NCBI GenBank assembly: GCA_964416195.1
Contig: CAYQDB010000007.1
Location: 78,160-142,159, forward strand
From: an uncultured Ignavibacteriales bacterium
GTDB lineage: Bacteria > Zixibacteria > MSB-5A5 > GN15 > FEB-12
Direction: 5' to 3'
DNA length: 64,000 nucleotides
The translations under genes and the position numbers were made by a program. Position 1 is the stretch's first letter. Each line of letters opens with the position of its first letter. Positions 7,446 through 16,741 of the stretch are shown here, piece by piece. The notes beneath the pieces are model-generated. The model was given only the letters and a program-made list of their open reading frames with translations, made no database searches and was not told the origin of the DNA.

Positions 7446-9731
7446 TCAGTGCAACGGTACGATCTCCACGGGAGTCGTGCCACCCTGAGAAATCCCTACC
7501 CTGACAGCACCTATCTTGTCCAGATTGTAGATAGAAGCGGGGGTGATTTCGCCGGGATCGTACAGGCCAAGCAGCCAGGAGGGCGCTTGTTCAATTCCCG
7601 GCCAGGTAGTGTCTTTGTCCGGTCTTGAGGGGCCAAGATCGATACGCCCGCAGACGATAAAAGACTGTTGCCCACTCCTCGGTATAGCTGCTAACTGCTG
7701 GGGCTCAATACTATCAGTAAACAGGATTGCGACCGAGCCAAGATTGGCCAGCAGCCCCGACTTTGAGGGATAGTACCCCGGTCTCTTGGGCGATGACCAG
7801 CTCTCAGGACAGGAGACAATCCTGACGGTTCCCCGTCCGGCATAGCCGGTGTTGACAACGTCGGCAAAGCTTTTCTCCAGGACTGGACTAACATAAATCG
7901 TCTCAACTAGGGATCTCTCCGCGAGCCGAACAAGGTCATCAATGGCATCAAAGTCCGCCGAAACAATAAAAAGCGAATTTATCCGGCTGATCTCCAGTCC
8001 TTCGAGGATTGGAGCAATAATCTGTTCTTCAATCTCGTAATCTCGTCCGGCAAGCCCCGTGACTACAAGATCACCTTCACGGGTCCTTGCCTGTTTCACT
8101 ATTGTGACAATACCGCCGGGGACGGCAAAAATGTACATGCTCCTTGCCACCGGCTGACGCTCGGAGCTGATAACGCCGGCAGCCAGGCCAATGTTGATAA
8201 CAGCCAGTAATGATACCAACGCCACTCGGCGGACAGTTTTTGAACTCAACGACCAGACCATTAGGACCAGATATACGTAGAACAGCAGAATCGCCCACAG
8301 CGATATATCTCCAACTTTGATTAGAGGGGCCTGGTCCCCGCTAAAGATGTCCAGCAACCGGACTATCAGATTCAACAGCAGATCCAGCAGGGAACCGACA
8401 AACATCCCCAGCAACGGCCAGATCAGATGGGCCGCCAGCAACAGAACTGTCCCCAAAACCGCTATCGAAACCAGTGGCACGATGATCAGATTGGCTACCA
8501 CCGATATCACCGGCAGGCGGTGGAAGTACAGTGCAATCAGAGGCATCGAACATATCTGGGCAATGACAGAAATCATCAATGGAAAGACCAACCAGCGGTA
8601 CCACAGACGAGAATGGTACCGCTTGAGTAGACCTGCTATTCGCGGTGTAAAGAATATCAGGCCCCAGGCGGTAATAAAGGAGAGCTGAAAGCCGACGTCG
8701 AATAGCTGCATGGGGTCGAACAAAAGGACTATCAGGGCTGTGGCGGCAATCACATTGTTCAGGTCATACCGACGCCCCAGCACGCCGGCGGCGATAACCA
8801 GCGTAGCCATGATCGAAGCTCGCATAACGGAGGGTTCCCCGTAGGACAGAAGGGCGAAGAGAAAAATGACAGCCAAAAGGATTGCCGCCCGTTTCCAACG
8901 TGACAATCTGAACGGTCGCAGAAAAAATAGAAGCGACAGAACCACCAAGGCAACGTTAGAACCGGAAACCGCCAGTAAGTGGAGAGTCCCTGTATCACGA
9001 AACCGCCTGTAGATACCGGTCGGGATACCGCGTGTTTCGCCTATCAGAAAACCGGCTGCCAGGGCCGCAGTGGTCGGAGACAGGTTACTGTAAAAGCTGT
9101 TACGGATACTGCCACGGAGCTTGTCCACAAAATTAAATATCCCAAAGCGGTTGCCCTTGTCGATGCGCATATCGAGCAAGGTAGGCAGGTAGACGATCCC
9201 ATGGATACCTTTCAGGTTCAGGTAGCGCCGATAGTCGAACTTCCCGGGGAGCTTGCCGCCTTTCAGGGAATAGATACGTCCGTAAAACTCAACGCGATCT
9301 CCTCTCTGCAAGGCGGTTGTGGTATCGGTCACTTTCAGCAAGATGGTGCCGTACACTTTTCGTGTCGCATCGGTGGCAATAGAATCAAGCGCGATCTCTA
9401 TTTCCGTTCGATTGGTTTTCAAACGAGGCCAGTCGCTAACCTTCCCGAAGATATGGTAGATTTTTCTATCCTCTATCACCCGTGAAATGTGACAGGGGCC
9501 GACATCGTAGAATCTCACACCGAAATGGAAGGCAGAGAAAAAGAGAAGACTCAACCCGAACAAGACAGTGGGTTGAGTTGTCTTGCGGTATCCTAAGCCC
9601 ACAAAGCCGGCCACAAAGCAAACCAGACTGCCGAGCAAGAATATCCAGCAGGGCAGACGCGCTTGATCCGAAATGACAATGCCGGATAGGACAAACAATA
9701 ACAGAAGCAGACTTGGATATTTGCGAATCAT
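7446..9731 (-). CDS. comEC: ComEC/Rec2 DNA internalisation channel protein
   Basis: Polytopic competence-domain core with a DUF4131-like N-terminus. I set the start at ATG 9731, which forms an ATGA overlap with the murJ stop; the ORF-track start is 9767. The C-terminal metallo-beta-lactamase-like region lacks the His motifs. Confidence 0.85.
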   Translation of the reverse strand: MIRKYPSLLLLLFVLSGIVISDQARLPCWIFLLGSLVCFVAGFVGLGYRKTTQPTVLFGLSLLFFSAFHFGVRFYDVGPCHISRVIEDRKIYHIFGKVSDWPRLKTNRTEIEIALDSIATDATRKVYGTILLKVTDTTTALQRGDRVEFYGRIYSLKGGKLPGKFDYRRYLNLKGIHGIVYLPTLLDMRIDKGNRFGIFNFVDKLRGSIRNSFYSNLSPTTAALAAGFLIGETRGIPTGIYRRFRDTGTLHLLAVSGSNVALVVLSLLFFLRPFRLSRWKRAAILLAVIFLFALLSYGEPSVMRASIMATLVIAAGVLGRRYDLNNVIAATALIVLLFDPMQLFDVGFQLSFITAWGLIFFTPRIAGLLKRYHSRLWYRWLVFPLMISVIAQICSMPLIALYFHRLPVISVVANLIIVPLVSIAVLGTVLLLAAHLIWPLLGMFVGSLLDLLLNLIVRLLDIFSGDQAPLIKVGDISLWAILLFYVYLVLMVWSLSSKTVRRVALVSLLAVINIGLAAGVISSERQPVARSMYIFAVPGGIVTIVKQARTREGDLVVTGLAGRDYEIEEQIIAPILEGLEISRINSLFIVSADFDAIDDLVRLAERSLVETIYVSPVLEKSFADVVNTGYAGRGTVRIVSCPESWSSPKRPGYYPSKSGLLANLGSVAILFTDSIEPQQLAAIPRSGQQSFIVCGRIDLGPSRPDKDTTWPGIEQAPSWLLGLYDPGEITPASIYNLDKIGAVRVGISQGGTTPVEIVPLH

Positions 9732-11305
9732 CCTTGAGGTCGTCGTTTCCTTAGAATGAAGCTCCACAACCGCTTAACCTCCCGCACGCGCAGCAGGAAA
9801 CAGAAGAGCACATACAGCAGCGCTGCCACTGCGGCAGGAACAAACAGGCTCAGCAGGCGGTTGGTTACGGTCGGCGCAGTGGCAAATCGGTACGGCAACA
9901 GAAGGGCGATCTGAAAAGCCAGCAGGGAAGCGACGGCAATCCGCACCAAGTTCAATCCCAGTTTTCCCCAGGGGACAGCGACTCCTTTGGTAGGAAGGTA
10001 AGCCAGAAGGATGACGAAATTGACGATACCACCTATGGAGACGGCTGCCGCCAGCCCGGCGAAGTCCAGAATCTTTATCATAGGGTAGTACAGCGCCATA
10101 TTGACGGACACGGCCAGGATCGAAATCCTCATGGGAAGGCGGGAATCGCCAAAGGCATAATAAAACGGGACTGTCACCCTGATACCGGCAAAACCGATCA
10201 AGCCGTAGGCGTAGTGCAGCAAGGCCTGACTGGTGCGGAACGAGTCCAGCTCGGAAAAAGCTCCCCACTGGTAGATCAGGTCGATAATTTGACGCCCCAT
10301 CAGAGCGAGGAAAACAGCAGAAGGAATAACCACAAACATATTCAAGTTGATCGTTTCCATATAGGTACTGCTCAGTCGATCTATATCCTTGCGGGCTACC
10401 ATCTCCGACACCTTCGGCAGAGCCACTGTGCCTAAAGCAACGGCGAACACCCCAAGAGGAAAATGTATCAGCCTATAAGAATAGTTCAGGTATGAGATGG
10501 AACCTGGCATCAAGAAAGAAGCCAGAAGTGTATTCACCAGAATGTTTATCCGTCCGGCCGACAGCCCCACGATCATAGGGGTCATCAAGCGGGCAACTTT
10601 CTTCACGCCCTCATCCAGAAAATTGATGCGTGGGCGAAAGCGGTAACCAATCCGCCACAGAGCAGGAAGTTGAATAGCAACCTGCCCCACTCCTCCCACC
10701 AGTACTCCGATGGCAAGCGTATACACCGGCTGGTCAAAATATCGATACAGCGCTATCACTGACAGCACCACACCCAAATTGAACAATGCCGGAGACACGG
10801 CGGGTATCCCGAAACGACCGAACGAATTGAGCATCCCCATTATCATCGCCGACACGGAAACCAGAAGAAGGTAAACGAACATGATCCGGGTCAGGCTTAC
10901 CGTGAGAGCAAACTTCTCCGGAATCGCCGTGAAGCCATTAGCGAACAGGTAGATAAGAATCGGCGCCGCTACTATCCCCAGCAGGACGATCAGAACCACG
11001 AGCAGCGCAACCGCCGTGAGGACGGTATTGCCCAGCTGGAAAGCTCCCTGCTCTGAGTCTTTGACCAGCTTTTCTTTGAAGACCGGCACGAATGCCGAGG
11101 ACAAGGCTCCCTCGGCGAACATGTCCCGCAACAGGTTGGGGATACGAAAAGCAGTGACAAAGGCATCGGTGGCCATGCCGGCGCCAAAAAAATAGGCCAT
11201 CACCTGCTCTCGAACCAGGCCCAAGACCCTGGAAAAAGCGGTTGCCGCCGAAACGGTGGCTGCCGAGCGGGCTAGGGAACTATTCTTAACCTTGACTGTT
11301 GACAT
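9728..11305 (-). CDS. murJ: Lipid II flippase MurJ/MviN
   Basis: 525-aa polytopic protein. N-terminal signature SRVLGLVREQVMAYFFGAGMATDAFVTAFRIPNLLRDMFAEGALSSAFVPVF. Confidence 0.9.
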   Translation of the reverse strand: MSTVKVKNSSLARSAATVSAATAFSRVLGLVREQVMAYFFGAGMATDAFVTAFRIPNLLRDMFAEGALSSAFVPVFKEKLVKDSEQGAFQLGNTVLTAVALLVVLIVLLGIVAAPILIYLFANGFTAIPEKFALTVSLTRIMFVYLLLVSVSAMIMGMLNSFGRFGIPAVSPALFNLGVVLSVIALYRYFDQPVYTLAIGVLVGGVGQVAIQLPALWRIGYRFRPRINFLDEGVKKVARLMTPMIVGLSAGRINILVNTLLASFLMPGSISYLNYSYRLIHFPLGVFAVALGTVALPKVSEMVARKDIDRLSSTYMETINLNMFVVIPSAVFLALMGRQIIDLIYQWGAFSELDSFRTSQALLHYAYGLIGFAGIRVTVPFYYAFGDSRLPMRISILAVSVNMALYYPMIKILDFAGLAAAVSIGGIVNFVILLAYLPTKGVAVPWGKLGLNLVRIAVASLLAFQIALLLPYRFATAPTVTNRLLSLFVPAAVAALLYVLFCFLLRVREVKRLWSFILRKRRPQG

Positions 11306-11369
11306 GACGATTATGCCGATTATATTAAAAAGTTATAAATTATTGCAATGATAGGGAAAGGGTTCGATT

Positions 11370-11624
11370 TTGCCAACTCATAAATCGTGCGTTAAGAGAA
11401 TGAGAACCTCCGACGAACGCCGCCTTAGAAACAAGGTTCTTCGCTCGCAACTTCGCTCCAGTATCAAAGAGCTGCGTGGCGAGACCAACAAAGATGAAGC
11501 GATCAAGAAATATCGCGAGACAATATCGCTCCTCGACAGGGCCGCCGGACACCACCTGATTCACAAGAAAAACGCCGACCGCAATAAGTCCCGCTTGGCT
11601 CAGATTGTACGCAAACTGGGTTAA
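11370..11624 (+). CDS. rpsT: 30S ribosomal protein S20
   Basis: 84 aa with a TTG start. The sequence PTHKSCVKRMRTSDERRLRNKVLRSQLRS is typical of S20. Confidence 0.9.
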   Translation: MPTHKSCVKRMRTSDERRLRNKVLRSQLRSSIKELRGETNKDEAIKKYRETISLLDRAAGHHLIHKKNADRNKSRLAQIVRKLG

Positions 11625-11768
11625 GCAGCAGAAAACCGGTAGTCAGGTAGATCAGGACCCTCGTGAGGCTGACATCCTTTGTTTCTCCCTTTGGTTTTCT
11701 AGGTACCGGCAGGCGACTCGAGGTTGTCTCAAAAGTTAGTTCCAGTTGAATTAGGTCTACACCAAATA

Positions 11769-11875
11769 AGGTCGCCATTCCCTAACTCCGCGTAGCGGCG
11801 GGCTTTACGTCCGCCGGTGGCGTCGCCACGTTTAGGCGGGAGACAAGCCCCCGCCCTACGCAAGATAGTTACCTT
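11769..11875 (+). repeat. ~100-nt structured dispersed repeat, copy A
   Basis: AGGTCGCCATTCCCTAACTCCGCGTAGCGGCGGGCTTTACGTCCGCC...GGCGGGAGACAAGCCCCCGCCCTACGC...AGTTACCTT. It recurs at 45271-45370 (+) and 56141-56238 (-). It contains two internal hairpins plus an outer GCGTAG/CTACGC pairing. Confidence 0.8.
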
Positions 11876-12001
11876 ATGGGGCAGCCTCACTCTGCCTGAC
11901 GGTTCCTTCATGCAAGAGTGTTGACCATAGCTTGGAGCTATCGGGCCGAGTCGCCCAATAGCACATCACATAGGCAGGAATCAGGGATTCCTGTCTTGTC
12001 A

Positions 12002-12826
12002 CTAACTGCTTCCCTCTCTCAAGTACTCAATAGCCAGGTTTTCAAGTTCATCTCTTTGCATACAAAGCAACCGTGATGCTTTCAAACTTCCGGCTTGTAC
12101 AGCATGTTCCATGAACTTCAGGCCAATATAGTATCCTCCCCGGTATTGAAAGATGTCTTGTGGGTCTCTTGCGTAGAACATGCCTACATTCGGGTTGGTA
12201 GAAAAGAAATTGTCCAATAAGTATTTCTTCAACTCCCGCTCTCTGTCACGGCACTGGTCAAGCCAGTCCTCAATAGCCTCACCCGACAGGTAGTCCGCCC
12301 AGAGTGCGACGCTCTCGTCGATGTTGAGCGATATCATGCTCAGATAAGTCGCCATCCCTTCTGTAATCAACTGTCGCGAAACCTGAAGCTTTTCGCTAAC
12401 GCTGTTGAAATAGAACCCAGGAGAACAGGCGTAGTGCAATGCGTGGATAATCTCATGCGTCAGGAAGACTTCCGCGTCCAGGGGCGTCTTGTAGGTTTCA
12501 ACCGGAATCCAGACCACAAACGTATTCCCATCCTTGAAAGCATGACCATTCGAAGTGTTCATGCCCACAAAGAGGACTACTTGCAGGGATGAGACATCCA
12601 ATCCAAAAACAGTGAGCTTGCCAGCGATGCCCTCCAGACTATCTGTGATCAGGTTCACCCTGGCCCGTGTTTGATTTGCATCGAGGGTTGGGACAAAGCG
12701 GTTCCTGTCAGCCCAATACTCGAAATAGTGACTAAACAACCCCGGGTAGACCTGCTCGTAGGCAGTCAGGTCATGGTCATGGAGAATGTGAGTAAGGTAC
12801 GCACCTGTGAGGTTAATGACTTCCAC
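12002..12826 (-). CDS. Predicted Zn-dependent protease (DUF2268-like)
   Basis: 274 aa with an HExxH motif (LTHEIIHALHY). The family assignment is by general resemblance only. Confidence 0.5.
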   Translation of the reverse strand: MEVINLTGAYLTHILHDHDLTAYEQVYPGLFSHYFEYWADRNRFVPTLDANQTRARVNLITDSLEGIAGKLTVFGLDVSSLQVVLFVGMNTSNGHAFKDGNTFVVWIPVETYKTPLDAEVFLTHEIIHALHYACSPGFYFNSVSEKLQVSRQLITEGMATYLSMISLNIDESVALWADYLSGEAIEDWLDQCRDRERELKKYLLDNFFSTNPNVGMFYARDPQDIFQYRGGYYIGLKFMEHAVQAGSLKASRLLCMQRDELENLAIEYLREGSS

Positions 12827-12891
12827 GTTTGCAAGACCATGGCGGGAGGCGGAGGCTCCCGCTCTATAAAACCACTTGTACGATTGCTCTC

Positions 12892-15246
12892 TCAGTGTTG
12901 AAACTGCTCACTCAGACGACGGAAAAGATCCTCTCTGAAGGCAGCGCCATTGCGCACTGGCCAGCCAACGTCGCGCACCAAACGAGCCATCGACAGGTAG
13001 AAGCTGTAGCGCTCTACGATCGAACTCAACTCGGCGTTGCGGGCATTGCTGTATGCGTCGACAAGATCGACCAGCCCCAGCTTGCCACCTTCGTACTTCT
13101 CCAGGATCAGTTTCAGATTTTGTGTAGCCAGCTCGGCGGAACGAACCGCTCTCGGCACACTACCAACTTGCGCGACAAGGTCGCACGCTCCCCTGCGAAT
13201 TTCGCCCATCACTTCCAGACCAGCCGCATCCCTTTCAAACTCAACCTGGCTCAGCTTTGCTTTCAGCTTCGTGCGTTCCCGTATGCGGTCGGTGCCGAGA
13301 AATATCGGCAACACGAGTCCTCCCCACACCGACCAGGTGGTGCTTTCCTCAACAAAGGTTAGTGGTCTATCGACCAGTTGGTCGGCGTAATTGAGCGACG
13401 CCTGGAAATCGAGCGTGGGGTAGTACCGGGCTGTATTCTTCGACAGAAGGTCCTTTTGGATCGCGATGTCTATATCCAGGGATCGCAACGCGGGGTTCTC
13501 CTTCTGCCCTTCGCTCACCAGGAAATCTTGAAGCTGCTTCTGATCGGGCGCAGTAGGAACGAGAGCATGCAATAGATCATAATCATTCCAAAATCGTTTC
13601 TCGGAAAATAAAGTGGTGTCAAGAGCAAGGGGATTGTCTCCGGGAAGGTTGAACAGGACATTAAGAAGAACGTTAGCGGCCTGCACGCCCCACCTTGCAT
13701 GGATTATCCGCGAAGTCGCCTGGTGGCGTTCATCCTTCCAGCGAAGCAGGTCAATCTCACTGCCTTCTTCGAGAACCAATCGGGTGCCGGCAATCTCAAG
13801 GCTGCGATCCACCAAGGTGCGATAACGAAGCTGTGTTTCCAAGACCTCCTGCGCCCCAAGATAGGTGAGGTACGCGGCTGTGACCGCCAGCTCCAGATCG
13901 AGCTTTGCCTGCTGAAAGTTGGTCTGTTCGAGGTCCCTTTGCTTGGCAGCCAACTGGATCGATTTTATGGCGTCGGCAGAGAACACTGTCTGATTTAACC
14001 AGACCGTGGACCGGTAGCGGTCCTTCTCAAGCGTCCCCCTGGAATTCGCAACAGTGTTATCGTCAAGATGCGCTACTGATGCTCCCGCCACTATCTGGGG
14101 CAGGTAGGCGGAGTAGGCCTGCTTTGCCGCCTGGACAGCCGCCTCAACAGCGTCATATCGCGCCAGATAGCCGGGATTATACGACAGCGCCCGCTCCACT
14201 GCATCTGACAGAGTATACTTTGGCGTGGCTTCGGTAATAGGAGCCGCGACAAGATACGCATCGTCGGTGACCGCGGTTGGCAAACTAACCTGACACTGGT
14301 TAGCCGTCTGCTCATTTACGGCCAATGCCATTCCCCCACGGAACTTGACCTGCAAATTTGCCGGCTGTTCGCCTTGCAGGATGCGGGCAGCTTTGATAGC
14401 GTTGTACCTGGCCTCCGAGATAATAGAATAAGCTGCGTTGGAACCGAAAGCTCCTCTTTCTACCATACACTCTCCTTCAGAGGTAAAAGCAGGTATTCGG
14501 TCATGGGCCACCATCAGAAAGAACTCACTCACCTTGATATCATCCATCCCCCACAACGGCGGCAGGTACAGAGCATCGATCTTTTTGTCGAGCTGGTAAT
14601 AGGCTTTGAAAAAAGCGTAGGTCCCGTAGTTGTCAAAGCCTTCCGCAGTAACGACCTCGAAGCCGAGGTCTTTCCCAAACGAGTCAATTGTAGAAACAAT
14701 TGCCTGCCCCTCGTCACCTGATGGGAAATAGAGAACCCCAAGCCGCTTCACGCTCACAAGTTTGGCGAGGGTCTTCAGATCGTCCTCCAGTCGCCCCGGT
14801 ACTACATGCACTGTCAGATTGGGCGCAATAGGGCGACCGTCACTACCCACCAGCCCCTGCGCTATAGGGTCAAACTGGTGCATGGCCAGTATCGGTTTAG
14901 TGAATCCGGCCGCAAGCAGGTCTTCGATCACCCACGGCCCGAGCGCAACCACCATATCTATACTTGGCAGAGCGGCCAACTGCTTTGCCATAGCGCGGCA
15001 GGAGTCGCGTTTCCATCCTGCCGATCGGTACCCTTCCGGGACAAAGGCAAATTCACAATCCTCGGGCAGCACACACTGGAGCTGACGAGCGAATTCACTG
15101 CGCAGCACCACGTGAACGGGATATTGCCCTCCCTCGAAGTAGCCCAGGCGAAACTGCTTTTTCGGCTGAGCCGATAGCTCTGCCGCCCCACTTATCGCCA
15201 CAAAGGCACTGAGGCATACAATCACTGTTCTGTTAATCCAAATCAT
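12892..15246 (-). CDS. Fusion protein: ABC_sub_bind-type periplasmic binding domain plus TolC-family outer-membrane efflux domain
   Basis: Signal peptide, then ~330 aa resembling PF04392-type binding proteins (RLGVLYFPSGDEGQ..., RIPAFTSEGECMVERGAFG, ARILQGEQPANLQV). Then ~430 aa with two OEP/TolC repeats (LSDAVERALSYNPGYLA..., LDLELAVTAAYL...). Confidence 0.7.
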   Translation of the reverse strand: MIWINRTVIVCLSAFVAISGAAELSAQPKKQFRLGYFEGGQYPVHVVLRSEFARQLQCVLPEDCEFAFVPEGYRSAGWKRDSCRAMAKQLAALPSIDMVVALGPWVIEDLLAAGFTKPILAMHQFDPIAQGLVGSDGRPIAPNLTVHVVPGRLEDDLKTLAKLVSVKRLGVLYFPSGDEGQAIVSTIDSFGKDLGFEVVTAEGFDNYGTYAFFKAYYQLDKKIDALYLPPLWGMDDIKVSEFFLMVAHDRIPAFTSEGECMVERGAFGSNAAYSIISEARYNAIKAARILQGEQPANLQVKFRGGMALAVNEQTANQCQVSLPTAVTDDAYLVAAPITEATPKYTLSDAVERALSYNPGYLARYDAVEAAVQAAKQAYSAYLPQIVAGASVAHLDDNTVANSRGTLEKDRYRSTVWLNQTVFSADAIKSIQLAAKQRDLEQTNFQQAKLDLELAVTAAYLTYLGAQEVLETQLRYRTLVDRSLEIAGTRLVLEEGSEIDLLRWKDERHQATSRIIHARWGVQAANVLLNVLFNLPGDNPLALDTTLFSEKRFWNDYDLLHALVPTAPDQKQLQDFLVSEGQKENPALRSLDIDIAIQKDLLSKNTARYYPTLDFQASLNYADQLVDRPLTFVEESTTWSVWGGLVLPIFLGTDRIRERTKLKAKLSQVEFERDAAGLEVMGEIRRGACDLVAQVGSVPRAVRSAELATQNLKLILEKYEGGKLGLVDLVDAYSNARNAELSSIVERYSFYLSMARLVRDVGWPVRNGAAFREDLFRRLSEQFQH

Positions 15247-15356
15247 AGCCGCAATCTTCCTCTCACCGACTGCATGTCAGCAGAGAAATGATAGGGAATT
15301 TCAAGGGATTATTAAAGCGGATTTTGGAGAGGGAAGCGCCAGGGACGCTTAGCCGG

Positions 15357-15683
15357 TCACGTTTGCTTTGCAGCTTCAGTCTGAACCTGATTAATCATTT
15401 CTAAAAGCTGACTGGCGCGATACGGCTTTTGAAGGAACCGGACATTATGGTTGAGCTCGTCGGGGAGCTCATCGGGAGCAGGCGCCTCCCCACTGGAGAT
15501 TATACACGGTAAATCCGGCAAGACCTCCAAGAGATCCAACACAACCAGATCAATCCGGGAGTAGTCTTGAGAGAAGAGAGCGAGACCGCTCCGACCGGAA
15601 GTAGCAGTGAGGACATCAAAACCCGCCTTTGTCAGGATTCCCTTGACGAGGTTTTTGGTCATTTCTTCATCGTCGACGATCAT
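15357..15683 (-). CDS. Single-domain response regulator receiver (compact REC)
   Basis: Contains MIVDDEE, DLVVLDL, IISSG and LQKPY. The segment normally between the phospho-Asp and the conserved Ser/Thr is ~15 aa shorter than usual. Confidence 0.6.
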   Translation of the reverse strand: MIVDDEEMTKNLVKGILTKAGFDVLTATSGRSGLALFSQDYSRIDLVVLDLLEVLPDLPCIISSGEAPAPDELPDELNHNVRFLQKPYRASQLLEMINQVQTEAAKQT

Positions 15684-15863
15684 CCATTTGTCGCTGCACG
15701 GTGTAAGCTAATTCGGCATGACAGCAGACGTCAGACAAGCCAGACAGTTCCCAACTCAAAGATACCGAATGTGCCAGGCATCAACTGACGATAAAATAAC
15801 GGCCCGCTTGCCGCGAGCCGTTATCTTTAAGCGAAAGGACGCTTAAAAGAGGTATCCTCCACG

Positions 15864-16559
15864 TCATCCCTGAGATGGAGGTTCCTTATCCTTAACCATC
15901 CGTTTTTGACGCCGATTGTTCACCATGGCAAAAGAGAGATATTCCAGTTCCATAGCCATATTCTCGGTACGCAGACAAACATCATCAGGAACCCTGAGGT
16001 TTACCGGTGCGAAATTGAGTATAGACCTTACCCCAGCCTTGACAACATCATCAACAATATACTGGGCAACCGACGCCGGCACCGCGAGTATGACAATTTC
16101 TATTCTTGCTTCCTGAAGTTCCGCTTCCAGATTCCCGATGTCGGAAACAACAATACCTTTGTGATTGGAGCCGATCTTGCGCTGATCATTGTCAAACAGC
16201 TTGATAATCTGAAAGCCCTGCCTTTGGAACTCTTTATAGCTGACCAGCGCCGAGCCGATGTTTCCAACACCAATGAGGGCTACCCGCCACAGCCTATCAA
16301 TGCCCAGAATTGAAGCGATCTTCCTTTTTAACTCCTGGACGGGGTACCCCAAACCGCGGGTACCAAAAGACCCAAAGCAAGAGAGGTCCTTCCGTACCTG
16401 AGCTGGGGTGAGTTTTTCCCATTTGGCGAGTTCCTGGGATGAAACAGTCCTGTAATTGTCTTTCTCAAGAAGCGACAGCGCCCTGTAGTACAATGACAGG
16501 CGACGTATAGTGGATTCTGATATCCGCTTAGTTGATCCCGCTGCCATAGGAACATTCAT
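15864..16559 (-). CDS. rex: Redox-sensing transcriptional repressor Rex
   Basis: Winged-helix N-terminus (ISESTIRRLSLYYRAL) plus a Rossmann motif (VALIGVGNIGSAL). Confidence 0.9.
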   Translation of the reverse strand: MNVPMAAGSTKRISESTIRRLSLYYRALSLLEKDNYRTVSSQELAKWEKLTPAQVRKDLSCFGSFGTRGLGYPVQELKRKIASILGIDRLWRVALIGVGNIGSALVSYKEFQRQGFQIIKLFDNDQRKIGSNHKGIVVSDIGNLEAELQEARIEIVILAVPASVAQYIVDDVVKAGVRSILNFAPVNLRVPDDVCLRTENMAMELEYLSFAMVNNRRQKRMVKDKEPPSQG

Positions 16560-16592
16560 CTCAGTTTCTCACGTCCTCGCCCATAAGTATCA

Positions 16593-16612
16593 CATGTGAA
16601 ACGCTTCACATG
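16593..16612. promoter_or_regulatory. Rex operator (ROP) upstream of rex
   Basis: CATGTGAA-ACGC-TTCACATG has perfect 8-bp inverted arms. It matches the Rex consensus TGTGAA-N4-TTCACA and lies 34 nt upstream of the rex start. Confidence 0.75.
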
Positions 16613-16741
16613 AGATAACGTCCATTGCTGGTGGTGTCAAGCTAAATTCTCCAACAACGCCATAATGGTTACGTGAAACCACAATTGTTCCAATAACTTA
16701 TTCAAGCGCAAAGAGGCTCCGTGAGGCTCTTTACCAACCGC

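Noticed and set aside
11769-11875. The ~100-nt repeat as a tRNA or tRNA-like gene, or as a guanidine-II (mini-ykkC) riboswitch. The riboswitch idea arose because there are two hairpins, one with ACG in the loop.
   Set aside because: There is no T-loop (GTTCRANYC) or cloverleaf. The ACG loop triplet is ATG in the other two copies, so the ACGR tetraloop requirement is not met.
15357-15683. The short REC domain as a pseudogene or truncated fragment.
   Set aside because: The frame is intact from a DDE start to the stop. The phospho-acceptor Asp, the Ser and the Lys (LQKPY) are all present. It looks like a compact variant rather than a decayed gene, though the ~15-aa internal shortening is unusual.
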